Positions 1 to 9,174 of a DNA stretch of 64,000 bases are shown here, one piece after another. The DNA is taken from NCBI GenBank assembly GCA_965648915.1, contig CBFGIV010000002.1:32001-96000 (forward strand). The letters run 5' to 3'. Numbering within the stretch: position 1 is the first letter of the stretch; each line of letters starts with the position of its first letter. The notes under the pieces are model-generated. The model made no database searches and had not been told where the DNA came from. It saw only the letters and a program-made list of their open reading frames with translations. Origin of the DNA: a candidate division WOR-3 bacterium. Its GTDB lineage: Bacteria > Hydrothermota > Tepidihabitantia > SM23-42 > CAYGYG01. Made by a program: the position numbers and the translations under genes.

Positions 1-2
1 CC

Positions 3-812
3 TCAATATACTGGTATTCTGATCCTCAGCGTGGTCGATATAATCTTGTTGTTTATAAGAACAGAGTCGTTGATAGTCTAATTGATGAAGGGCTGGTGGC
101 ATTGAGTCGGCGTCGAGCAAAGGAGATCTGGGACAGGTTTCAGGAGATTATCTACGAATCCCAACCATTTACTTTTCTTGTCATACCCAATGAAATCTCG
201 GCAACCTATAAGAGGGTCAGAGGGATTAAGGAGAGCGGGCCGAGTATCTATGAGTCTTATGCATACTGGATACCTGAATCAGAAAGAAGACCAATCGCCG
301 TTGCGGCGACGACACCGCCGACGCCATCACCATCTCCGACGCCGACGACAACTGTCACTACAACTACACCGATAGCACCGGCTGAAGCTCCTAAACCAAA
401 GACGCCTACTCCACCGGCTCCAAAACCACCACAGATTGTCGAACCGGAAAAGATACTTGAAGCAAGGGCTAAAGCCGCTGAGACCCCTCCTCCAGAGACG
501 ACTAAACCTGTCGTAACTCCACCGCCTATGCCTAAGCCGGTGATAGAGACCCAGGCTCAGATAATAAAGCGGGTCAATGCTATATATCCCGAGGCAGCGC
601 GCGAATTCGGTGCAGAAGGTGTCGTTAAAGTACGAGTCATCGTCGGGGCTGATGGTAAGGTCAAGAATGCAACGGTGGTGAAGAGTTTTGGCAACGCATT
701 ATGTGAAGAAGCAGCACTCCGGGCTGCTCAGCAGTGGGAATTCAAGCCAGCAACTAAAGATGGGGTACCGGTTGAGTCACCATTGACTCTTGAGTTCACA
801 TTTAAGCCATAA
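3..812 (+). CDS. 5'-partial fusion protein: C-terminal part of an ABC family-5 (Opp/Dpp-like) solute-binding protein + Pro/Thr-rich linker + TonB C-terminal domain
   Basis: Frame is open from the window edge. It reads YKNRVVDSLIDEG...AKEIWDRFQEIIYESQPFTFL (SBP_bac_5 C-terminus), then a PTPSPSPTP/PKPP linker, then YPEAAREFGAEGVVKVRVIVGADGKV...AAQQWEFKPA (TonB_C). Confidence 0.8.
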   Translation, partial: SIYWYSDPQRGRYNLVVYKNRVVDSLIDEGLVALSRRRAKEIWDRFQEIIYESQPFTFLVIPNEISATYKRVRGIKESGPSIYESYAYWIPESERRPIAVAATTPPTPSPSPTPTTTVTTTTPIAPAEAPKPKTPTPPAPKPPQIVEPEKILEARAKAAETPPPETTKPVVTPPPMPKPVIETQAQIIKRVNAIYPEAAREFGAEGVVKVRVIVGADGKVKNATVVKSFGNALCEEAALRAAQQWEFKPATKDGVPVESPLTLEFTFKP

Positions 813-845
813 TATAATAAAGATTGATCGGCAATTTAGCAAAAA

Positions 846-930
846 TGCCGGGAGGGGGATTTGAACCCCCACGGTCTTTAAAGACCAGAGGATTTTAAGT
901 CCTCTACGTCTACCATTCCGCCATCCCGGC
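846..930 (-). tRNA. tRNA-Leu(TAA)
   Basis: Reverse complement is GCCGGGATGGCGGAATGGTAGACG...AGAGGA-CTTAAAA-TCCTCT, long variable arm, GGTTCAAATCC...CCCGGCA. CCA not encoded. Confidence 0.95.
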
Positions 931-975
931 AAAAAAACTGAAGCCGAAATCTGCTATCAGAATTACTTCCCTTTG

Positions 976-1003
976 ATTATAACAAAAAGTGACAGTTTGT
1001 CAA
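976..1003 (-). promoter_or_regulatory. sigma70-type promoter for tRNA-Leu
   Basis: TTGACA-N16-TATAAT on the minus strand. Confidence 0.75.
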
Positions 1004-1374
1004 CGAATCGATTTAAATCAAAAATAATCTTACCGAAAATAGATAATTTAATCAAATTAGAGTATCTTCCCAATACTTGAAAATATAACCCACACTTTCA
1101 GCAGGATGAAAAATAAAAAATTACTTATAAATCACCAACTTTTCAATATCATCATCTTTCTTTATAAAATAAACCCCAGAATTCAAATCAATGTCATTCT
1201 TGCCTTTATCTATTTTTCTAATTTTTCTTCAGCAACGCCGATAACCATTGAATCCGCAGGGATTACAGCGGAGTCAGATATTTATTTTTTACACTTTAAT
1301 GTTTATCCAGCGTTTTTAAGTATCTAAAATTCTGCACAACGATCCGCCATAAAGCGTGGCGTACTGACACTACA

Positions 1375-2640
1375 TTAGTGTTTTCTCCTGCTCAGGACAG
1401 TTTTTTCGTATTTTTTTATTGTGCCAAGCCAGTCCGGGTCAAGGGGTACATTGGAAATAAAACAAAAATAATCCCAGACTGCACTGAAAGGCAATGTCTT
1501 TGTTCCTTCATAAATACCGAGCCTGGAAATATAATCTTTTCTTTCTTCAGAATCTTTTAATATCTTTATCGGCTCAAGCAGGGCGTATAATAATGCCTTC
1601 TGGACTGAACGGGCACCCAAGACCCAGGCGCCAATACGGTTGAGTGTTGCATCAAAATAGTCAAGCCCGATATAAATTCTTGAGAGCGCATCGCATCGGA
1701 CAATTTCAGAAAACAATTCCCGGAGTGTATCATCAAACAATGGTATGTGGTCGCTGTCCCAGCGCACGCCCCGGCTGATATGAAGCAGAATGCCTTTGAT
1801 AAATAAAAGCAAAGAGGATATTTTATCCGCAATAGATTCGGTGGGATGAAAATGTCCGAGGTCAAGACAGAGCATTAAATCATTCTTTAAGGCATAACTT
1901 AAGTAAAATTCAAATGAACCCGTGACAAATGATTCACTACCGATTCCAAAGAGTTTTGGTTCCAGGGAGTCTTTTAAAAATTTTTCAGGATATTTTTTTG
2001 AATATATTTTATCAAGTGAATCTTTGAGCAGACTCCGATAACCGATACGGTCAACACAGATATCCTTCATTCCATCCGGTATCCAGAGATTATGGACCGC
2101 GGGCATTCTTAATGCCCGGCCAAAATAGGTAGCAATTTCTCGCGCACGACGGACATGCTCAATCCAGAAATCCCTTATATTTTTATTTTTACTGCTCAAG
2201 GTAAATCCATCTTCAGACAGAGGATGGGAGAATAGTGTAGCATTGAAGTCAAGCCCTAATTTTTTTTCTTTTGCCCAGTCAATCCAGGATTGAAAATGCT
2301 CAATTCCAATCTCATTCCGCTCAATCTTTTTGTCCCCAAAATCACCATAGATTGCATGGAGATTGATACGGTGTCTGCCCGGGATTAAAGATAGTGCCAT
2401 TGTTAAATCCTTGCGCAACTCTGAAATATTACTTGCCCTGCCTGGATAATTTCCCGTGACCTGTATCCCACCTGAGAGTCCTGAACCCTGAGTTTCAAAT
2501 CCTTTTATATCATCACCCTGCCAGCAATGGATTGAGAGACTTATCTGCGCAAGTCTTTTTATTGCCTGCTCAGTATCAATCCCAAACTTGTGATATTTTT
2601 CACGGGCATATCTATATTGTTCAATAAGCTTATTTTTCAT
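1375..2640 (-). CDS. rhaA: L-rhamnose isomerase
   Basis: Motifs SIHCWQGDD, NYPG, WIPDG, KLFGIGSESF, LDLGHFHPTE, HISRGVRWDSDH. Confidence 0.95.
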   Translation of the reverse strand: MKNKLIEQYRYAREKYHKFGIDTEQAIKRLAQISLSIHCWQGDDIKGFETQGSGLSGGIQVTGNYPGRASNISELRKDLTMALSLIPGRHRINLHAIYGDFGDKKIERNEIGIEHFQSWIDWAKEKKLGLDFNATLFSHPLSEDGFTLSSKNKNIRDFWIEHVRRAREIATYFGRALRMPAVHNLWIPDGMKDICVDRIGYRSLLKDSLDKIYSKKYPEKFLKDSLEPKLFGIGSESFVTGSFEFYLSYALKNDLMLCLDLGHFHPTESIADKISSLLLFIKGILLHISRGVRWDSDHIPLFDDTLRELFSEIVRCDALSRIYIGLDYFDATLNRIGAWVLGARSVQKALLYALLEPIKILKDSEERKDYISRLGIYEGTKTLPFSAVWDYFCFISNVPLDPDWLGTIKKYEKTVLSRRKH

Positions 2641-4131
2641 CTATTCTCCTTTACGATTTTTTGCTACTATATTTTGATATGCTTCTTCATATCTATCCCA
2701 TTTTTGTTTTTCTTTAGGTTGGTAAACTTTGATATCAAATGAATTCCTGACAATCGCCCGCAGTTGTCCAAGAGACTTTATTCTTTCTTTTGCTTTTGCC
2801 TGGATAAGAAGGTTGCCAATTGCCGTTGCCTCAACTGGTCCGGCATAGACGGTTAAGCCAGTAGCATCCGCAGTGAACTGGCAGAGCAAAGAATTCAAGG
2901 CACCACCACCAATTATATGAATACAGGAATAATCAGTCTGACTTATTTCTCTGACTTCGTTCAAGACTTTCCGATAGGAAAAGGCAAGGCTCTCCAGAAT
3001 ACAACGTACAAACTGTCCGATATTTTCAGGTGTCTTTTGACCGGTCTTTATACAAAACTCAATTATCTCCTTGGGTAAATTATTACTGTATAAAAATCGA
3101 GGATCATAGGTATCAATCAAGGAGCGAAATCTCTCTTCGTTTTGGGCAAGTCCAATTAACTCTTCATAAGAATAAATCTTATTTTTATCCCATTCCTTTT
3201 TGCAATTATGTAATATTCCGAGCCCCATTATATTCTTTAAAAGACATATCCTTCTTTCTACACCACCTTCATTCGTAAAATTATAGTAATAGGTCTTATC
3301 GTTTATGACCGGTCTGTCCGACTCTATCCCGAGTAGTGACCAGGTTCCAGAACTGATATAGATAAAATCCTTATCCAATGCCGGGACTGCGGCAATCGCG
3401 GATGCGGTATCATGGGATGCAACTGCAATCACTGTTGTATCCTTCAATCCGGTCATTGATGATACCTCACTATTTATCCTGCCAATACTGGTGCCGGGAT
3501 TGATGACCGGCGGGAATATATCGGGACTGACACCGAGCACCTCAATGATTTTTTCATCCCATTCGTTTTTATTGATATTATAAATCTGGGAGGTTGTTGC
3601 AAAGGTGAATTCAGCAAATTTCTTTCCGGTCAGAAAATAATTTATGATATCGGGTATAAAAAGGAGTTTTGCGGCCTTTTTGATCAGCGGGCTATCGTTG
3701 ACCACCATCGCATAGAGTTGATACAGGGTATTTATTTCCATAAATTGAATCCCGGTACGTTGATATATCTCTTCTTTAGAAATCTTGCTGGTGAATTTCT
3801 CAACCATTCCCCTGGTCCGGCCGTCGCGGTAGGAAAATGGCGGTGCAACCAGATTGCCATTTTTGTCTAAGAGCCCGAAATCAACACCCCAGGTATCAAT
3901 CCCGATTGAGACAGGCTTTTTCGTTATTTCTTTAGCGCAAATTGACAAACCTTTTAAGATTTCGCGATAAAGATTTTCAATATCCCAATGCAAGCCATCC
4001 GGCATCTGGATTGTATCATTGGCAAAACGATGCAATTCTTTTATTGTCAATCTGCCTTTTTCTTCAAGTATCCCTGCTATCACCCTGCCACTACCTGCAC
4101 CAAGGTCAATACCGAGATAAGTATCAGACAT
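2641..4131 (-). CDS. rhaB: rhamnulokinase (FGGY family)
   Basis: Motifs IDLGAGSGR, GIDTWGVDF, HDTASA, YISSGTWSLLG, FTNEGG, GPVEATAIGN; adjacent to rhaA. Confidence 0.92.
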   Translation of the reverse strand: MSDTYLGIDLGAGSGRVIAGILEEKGRLTIKELHRFANDTIQMPDGLHWDIENLYREILKGLSICAKEITKKPVSIGIDTWGVDFGLLDKNGNLVAPPFSYRDGRTRGMVEKFTSKISKEEIYQRTGIQFMEINTLYQLYAMVVNDSPLIKKAAKLLFIPDIINYFLTGKKFAEFTFATTSQIYNINKNEWDEKIIEVLGVSPDIFPPVINPGTSIGRINSEVSSMTGLKDTTVIAVASHDTASAIAAVPALDKDFIYISSGTWSLLGIESDRPVINDKTYYYNFTNEGGVERRICLLKNIMGLGILHNCKKEWDKNKIYSYEELIGLAQNEERFRSLIDTYDPRFLYSNNLPKEIIEFCIKTGQKTPENIGQFVRCILESLAFSYRKVLNEVREISQTDYSCIHIIGGGALNSLLCQFTADATGLTVYAGPVEATAIGNLLIQAKAKERIKSLGQLRAIVRNSFDIKVYQPKEKQKWDRYEEAYQNIVAKNRKGE

Positions 4132-4167
4132 AATCTTTGAGATTAAAACTTTTTATCCGATGATTCT

Positions 4168-4440
4168 TCATTCTCTTTGTTGTTTCTTTGTCAAGTGCTT
4201 CCGTGCCCGGGCACCATTAGCCATGACAAGATAGATACGGTTACTTAAAATCGGGTCTGGAACAGGAAATAAAATCTTTTCTCCTTTCTTTAGCGTTTTA
4301 ATTTTATCCTGTAATACTTCAGTCACATCAACCGAGATATTTCCGGCATTGCGCTCTGCCCAGCCCTTTTGCCAGAGGAATTTGCCGATTTCGCCGATCT
4401 CATCAATGATCTTTTTCAATTCAGGATTTTTCATAGACAA
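4168..4440 (-). pseudogene. rhaD: truncated rhamnulose-1-phosphate aldolase (N-terminal fragment)
   Basis: RhaD-like N-terminus LWQKGWAERNAGNISV. Only 90 aa; similarity ends near 4200 and the zinc-binding His region is missing. Confidence 0.8.
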
Positions 4441-4441
4441 T

Positions 4442-6493
4442 TCATTCCTCCTGCGGAGTGATTTTCAGGACAATTCCATCTTTTTTATCAATATGCCAGT
4501 ATATAAAATTCTGATGCCGGAAATCAATAATCTCGGTCTTGTCTGTTATCAAATCCGTTATTTTATAAATACGGTCCAGTCCCGCATTAATGGTGAACTT
4601 GACACCGCAGGGATTATTATTGTTATTCACTGCAATAAGATAGTAGCTATCATCGCGTCTAAATAATGCGGAATGGATATTCTTCTCCTTTGTGTGACAA
4701 TAGATATTTATCGCAAATTCAAGCAAAAGATTGGCGAGCATCTCAGCATCAGGTCTTAAGCCAATGAAGGTCAATCTTCCCTTTCCAATACTCTGGATAT
4801 AACCGACGATATAATCACTTCCCGTTGGTAAATTCGTGAACCAGAATGTAGTATTGAGACATTTCGCCATTATCGGGATTCCCGGGACTTCCTTAAAATA
4901 ATAGATATAAGGTGATTGGGTATTGATTTCTCTGTTACCAAGCCTGAGCCGGATCTTTCTTGGACTCAATTCATAGCCGATTATACCTTCAGGCGCAGGA
5001 ATATTTAGAATGTTTGCGTCCTGGAGATTATCGTCAAATAAAACCGGCTTACCAATTATAACAAAATGCCCGCCATTCTCTATATATTTTAAAATCTTGT
5101 TTTGATACTCAGCTGACAGCCATTCTTCACCGGCATAAAAAAGGATTGGTTTATCACACTCATTATAATTCAGGTCAAAAAATTCAAAATCTATACCCGT
5201 ATCATAAAAAGATTTTAATAAATCATCACCAGCATAAATGCCTGATGTTATCTCGTTTTGTTTATTACAGACTGCCTGCTGGAGAAAGTCTACAGCAATT
5301 CCGACTTCACAGCATCTTTTCAAATCAGGTGGTTTAATCTCATTATAAATCTCCACAATTTTTTTGAATACTGAAAATAGTTCGGGATGCTCAATACCCC
5401 ATTCATTTATCGGGCTCATATACCAGTTATCGCGGTTTACAAGCATATACCAGTTCCAGCCGGCCGCACCAGCGAGTAATGCGGAAAGGCATAATAAACG
5501 ATAATGATTTGCACTTAAAGCGCCGGTTTGATAATGCCAGCCATGCCATATCCCGGATTCAAATTCGGCAATAAATGGTAATCTTGAATAGGAAGCGACA
5601 TAGCGAATGGAAAAGAGAAAATGGCGGTGTTCATCCGGACGCCTGTCAAATTCGTTGGTCGGATAATAATCCGGGGCAGATATATCAGCGATCTTTTCCA
5701 GTAAGGGCCAGGGCTGGACACCAATGGTATCAACATTGAAATAGATTGGTATATCAACACCACATTTCTGGTAGATCTCTTTATTCCACCGCGCAACCTC
5801 TTTTGTATACCACAATAAAAAGCGCACGACATCAATCCTTCTACAATCAATCTTTGTTAAATCATCAAATGCGCGGACTTCAGAGAATCTTGAGTAATCG
5901 GTCTTCCATAATCGGTTCAGATTCGTAATATCGCGGTATCGTTTTTCAAGAAATTCCTGAAACATACCCATGGTATTACCGAGTCCGAGTTGTTCACCAT
6001 AAAAATTTATGAATGGATGGATTTCATTATCCGGCTGTAAAAGGATTATCCTTCCGCCATTGGTGGCAAAGTATGGTTTCAAAAATTCTGTTATCTCACG
6101 AATCCAGTGGGCTGCCTCTTTTTTAAATTCTAAATGGAGCCGGTGATAAGGGACAAGCCGTTCAGGTATACCAAAATTTATCCATTCAGAATAGATATAG
6201 GGACCGGGTCTGATAATTATATAAAAATCCATTTCACTGAGTAGTTCCAAGAAAGATTTTAAGTCTCTTCTCGGGTCGGTCTTACCGGTAAAATCGTATT
6301 TATTGACTTCAACCTCGTGGAACTGCCAGCAGACATAGGTTGATACAATTTTAAGTCCGAGTCCTTTGACCTTATCAAGAATTGCCTTCCAGGATTCAGG
6401 TGCGAGCCGCCAGTAATGGACCTCACCGCTGAGCAGGGGAATTGCCTTTTCATCAAGATAGAGTTTTTTTTCTTTTATAAAAAGGTTAAACAT
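4442..6493 (-). CDS. beta-galactosidase-like glycoside hydrolase (GH35-type catalytic domain)
   Basis: SGEVHYWR, TYVCWQFHE, IIRPGPYIYSEW, GGRIILLQPDNE, AEF. Confidence 0.8.
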   Translation of the reverse strand: MFNLFIKEKKLYLDEKAIPLLSGEVHYWRLAPESWKAILDKVKGLGLKIVSTYVCWQFHEVEVNKYDFTGKTDPRRDLKSFLELLSEMDFYIIIRPGPYIYSEWINFGIPERLVPYHRLHLEFKKEAAHWIREITEFLKPYFATNGGRIILLQPDNEIHPFINFYGEQLGLGNTMGMFQEFLEKRYRDITNLNRLWKTDYSRFSEVRAFDDLTKIDCRRIDVVRFLLWYTKEVARWNKEIYQKCGVDIPIYFNVDTIGVQPWPLLEKIADISAPDYYPTNEFDRRPDEHRHFLFSIRYVASYSRLPFIAEFESGIWHGWHYQTGALSANHYRLLCLSALLAGAAGWNWYMLVNRDNWYMSPINEWGIEHPELFSVFKKIVEIYNEIKPPDLKRCCEVGIAVDFLQQAVCNKQNEITSGIYAGDDLLKSFYDTGIDFEFFDLNYNECDKPILFYAGEEWLSAEYQNKILKYIENGGHFVIIGKPVLFDDNLQDANILNIPAPEGIIGYELSPRKIRLRLGNREINTQSPYIYYFKEVPGIPIMAKCLNTTFWFTNLPTGSDYIVGYIQSIGKGRLTFIGLRPDAEMLANLLLEFAINIYCHTKEKNIHSALFRRDDSYYLIAVNNNNNPCGVKFTINAGLDRIYKITDLITDKTEIIDFRHQNFIYWHIDKKDGIVLKITPQEE

Positions 6494-6496
6494 TAT

Positions 6497-8026
6497 TTAC
6501 TCCATGATATTATTTAAATCTTTAAATTGATTTTTGATTGAAGGATAGAGCGTCCTATACAATTTGTAGTATTTTTGATAGATTTCAGAATCTTTATCCG
6601 GTTTTGTGATACCGGTCTCATAGATCGTCATTTTACAGGCTTCTTTTGCATTTCTATAAACTTTGGTTCCGACACCGGCAATTAGTGCAGCGCCGAATGC
6701 TGCACCCTCGGTTGCATTCACGGTTACAATATCAAGGTTAAAGATGTCTGCCATTATCTTTCGCCATAACAGAGACTTTGCACCACCACCCGAGACCCGA
6801 ACCCGATTAAATCTTATTCCCATATCCTTTAATAATTCCAGGCAGTCCTTTAAGCCGAATGTTATACCTTCGATCACAGCGCGGGCAAGATGGGGTCGGC
6901 TATGCTTCAATGATAAGCCAAAGAATAAACCCCTTGCATAAGGGTCAGGATGGGGTGTCCTTTCTCCCGAAAGATAAGGGAGAAATACCAACCCTTCAGC
7001 ACCAGGTGGGATTGTGCCTGCCTCTTTTGTAATCAAATCATAGATATCAATCCCCTTATTTTTTGCGTAAATCTTTTCATTGCTGTATAACAGATCCCTT
7101 AACCATCTCAAACTGCCACCGGCAGAAAGCATCACACCCATCAAATGCCACATATCAAATACTGCATGGCAATAGGTGTGCAGTCTGCCGTTTTTATCAT
7201 ACCGATATGTATCAATTGCGGCAAATACGACACCAGAAGTGCCGATTGTTACCGATATCGTTCCTGGCTCATATATTCCAGTGCCGATTGCTTGGGCTGC
7301 CTGGTCACCAGCACCGGCAATAACCGGGGTGTCTTCTCTTAGACCGGTCAATCTTGCAGCATTCTTGCTCACATAACCACATACCGCCGGTGATTCATAA
7401 ACCGGTGGTAGCCATTCCCTTTTTATCTTCAGTCCATTTATTATCTCATCTGACCAGTCTCTCTTTGCTACATCAAATAGACAGGTTCCTGAGGCATCTG
7501 CCACATCCATACCCTGGGTTTCAGTGAGTTTGAAGCGCACATAATCCTTGGGCAAAAGGATATGGGCAATCTTTTTGTAGTTCTCGGTTTCATTGTTTTT
7601 TATCCACAGAATTTTACCAGCAGTAAAACTCGGCAGACAGGGCTTTCCCGCTATCTTTATCATTCTTTCTGCGCCGATAATGCGATTTATTTTTATACAC
7701 TCTTTTACCGTGCGCTGGTCATTCCAGAGGATACAATTTCTTAAAACATTTTTTTTATTATCAAGGATGACCAACCCGTGCATCTGTCCGGTCAGCCCGA
7801 TTCCTGCGATGCGGTTCGGATTGGTGCGGGATTTTGCCAGTACCTGTTTAATCCCCTTTATCGTTGCCTTCCACCAGTCTTCGGGATTCTGCTCAGACCA
7901 GTTTGGCTTCGGTATGTATACAGGATATTCGTTTGTAGAAGTGGCAATGATATCGCCATCAGAAGCAATCAAAACTACCTTTGCACCGGTCGTACCAATA
8001 TCAATCCCCAGGAGCAATTCTTTCAT
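6497..8026 (-). CDS. xylB: xylulokinase
   Basis: GIDIGTT, GLTGQMHG, ILWNDQR, GAGDQAA, GTSGV, FLPYLSGERTP. Confidence 0.9.
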   Translation of the reverse strand: MKELLLGIDIGTTGAKVVLIASDGDIIATSTNEYPVYIPKPNWSEQNPEDWWKATIKGIKQVLAKSRTNPNRIAGIGLTGQMHGLVILDNKKNVLRNCILWNDQRTVKECIKINRIIGAERMIKIAGKPCLPSFTAGKILWIKNNETENYKKIAHILLPKDYVRFKLTETQGMDVADASGTCLFDVAKRDWSDEIINGLKIKREWLPPVYESPAVCGYVSKNAARLTGLREDTPVIAGAGDQAAQAIGTGIYEPGTISVTIGTSGVVFAAIDTYRYDKNGRLHTYCHAVFDMWHLMGVMLSAGGSLRWLRDLLYSNEKIYAKNKGIDIYDLITKEAGTIPPGAEGLVFLPYLSGERTPHPDPYARGLFFGLSLKHSRPHLARAVIEGITFGLKDCLELLKDMGIRFNRVRVSGGGAKSLLWRKIMADIFNLDIVTVNATEGAAFGAALIAGVGTKVYRNAKEACKMTIYETGITKPDKDSEIYQKYYKLYRTLYPSIKNQFKDLNNIME

Positions 8027-9174
8027 TTAATTTTGAGTCGGGGCAGTTCAGGTAATTTTTCTGGTCTCAATGCCCGCATTCTTATCAGGTATGCCTCAAT
8101 CCAACCCCGCGCCTTATCCGGATTATTTATTGCATAGACTATTGATTCATGGTCCATTGCATTTATCCGGTCATTTGCAGATCTTATTGCATCAATTGAA
8201 ATCTTTATTGCGGTCTGGACATCCATCCTTTCCGGATTTATATCAATCCCGAACCAGCCATTGTAAGAATGCATCTTTAAGACATATAAGAGTGCCTCAA
8301 ATTGTTCAGGTGCCACAACCCCGATATTCAAATCCTGGTCAAAATTTCCCAGTGGCTGGGAATTGAGATGCATATGGGCGAGTCGGGCTTCGCTCAAAGG
8401 AAGAGAATATGCATAGGCAAGGTCTTCATAAGCCATAAGTGCATGTCCAATCTCCGGATTCATACAACACAACTTGTGCCCCTGTTTCAATAGGGCAAGA
8501 TTCTTTTTGTTCCTTAAAAGTGATTCCACTTTGTGGCATAATAACATCCCTTCTGCAGTGGTGCCAAAAAGGATTCTGCCCCGTGGCTCATAAGGTTTTG
8601 GTTCAAATGCAATCCGCACACCCGGGACTTTATCCATTGCCTGTGCCAGACCCCGGGCAAATCTGTCCCAGAATTGGAAGAAGTCAATGCCGAATGGATT
8701 TTCATAACCATCAATACCGGGCCAGACAACCGCGAAATCGGTATCAAATTCTCTATTCAATCTCAGGGTTTCTACTGTCAGTTCAATCGCCTTCTGCCGG
8801 TATTTTTCTATTGGATTTGAGAGAGAGCCGAATTCAAAATCCTTATCCCGGAATAGAAGGGGGACGATGGTAACGAGTTTCATCCCGGTTGATTTCAAAA
8901 ATTTCTTCCAGATTTCAAGATTTTTTTCATTTATCTCATTGGGATAATGTGCCTCAAGTCCGGTGAGTCCATAATCCTGGAGTTCTGCTGCGATATCCAG
9001 CCGTCTTCTTATATCTAAATCTTTTTTATATTTATCATGGAATCTTGAGTCGGGTGGAGAGAAATACCAGATGCCTGCGGAAAACTTTAGATCGAGTTTA
9101 AAATCTCTAAGATGTTTAACTAATTCTTCAGGTTTTCTACGAATTGCCTCTCTTCTTATATCAACTAATGGCAT
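8023..9174 (-). CDS. xylA: xylose isomerase-like TIM-barrel sugar isomerase
   Basis: EPKPYEPRG, NPEIGH, HLNSQ...DQDL metal-binding motifs; adjacent to xylB. Confidence 0.7.
   Translation of the reverse strand: MPLVDIRREAIRRKPEELVKHLRDFKLDLKFSAGIWYFSPPDSRFHDKYKKDLDIRRRLDIAAELQDYGLTGLEAHYPNEINEKNLEIWKKFLKSTGMKLVTIVPLLFRDKDFEFGSLSNPIEKYRQKAIELTVETLRLNREFDTDFAVVWPGIDGYENPFGIDFFQFWDRFARGLAQAMDKVPGVRIAFEPKPYEPRGRILFGTTAEGMLLCHKVESLLRNKKNLALLKQGHKLCCMNPEIGHALMAYEDLAYAYSLPLSEARLAHMHLNSQPLGNFDQDLNIGVVAPEQFEALLYVLKMHSYNGWFGIDINPERMDVQTAIKISIDAIRSANDRINAMDHESIVYAINNPDKARGWIEAYLIRMRALRPEKLPELPRLKIK

Noticed and set aside
1106..1327. 73-aa plus-strand ORF
   Set aside because: It lies in low-complexity AT-rich DNA with no recognisable similarity.
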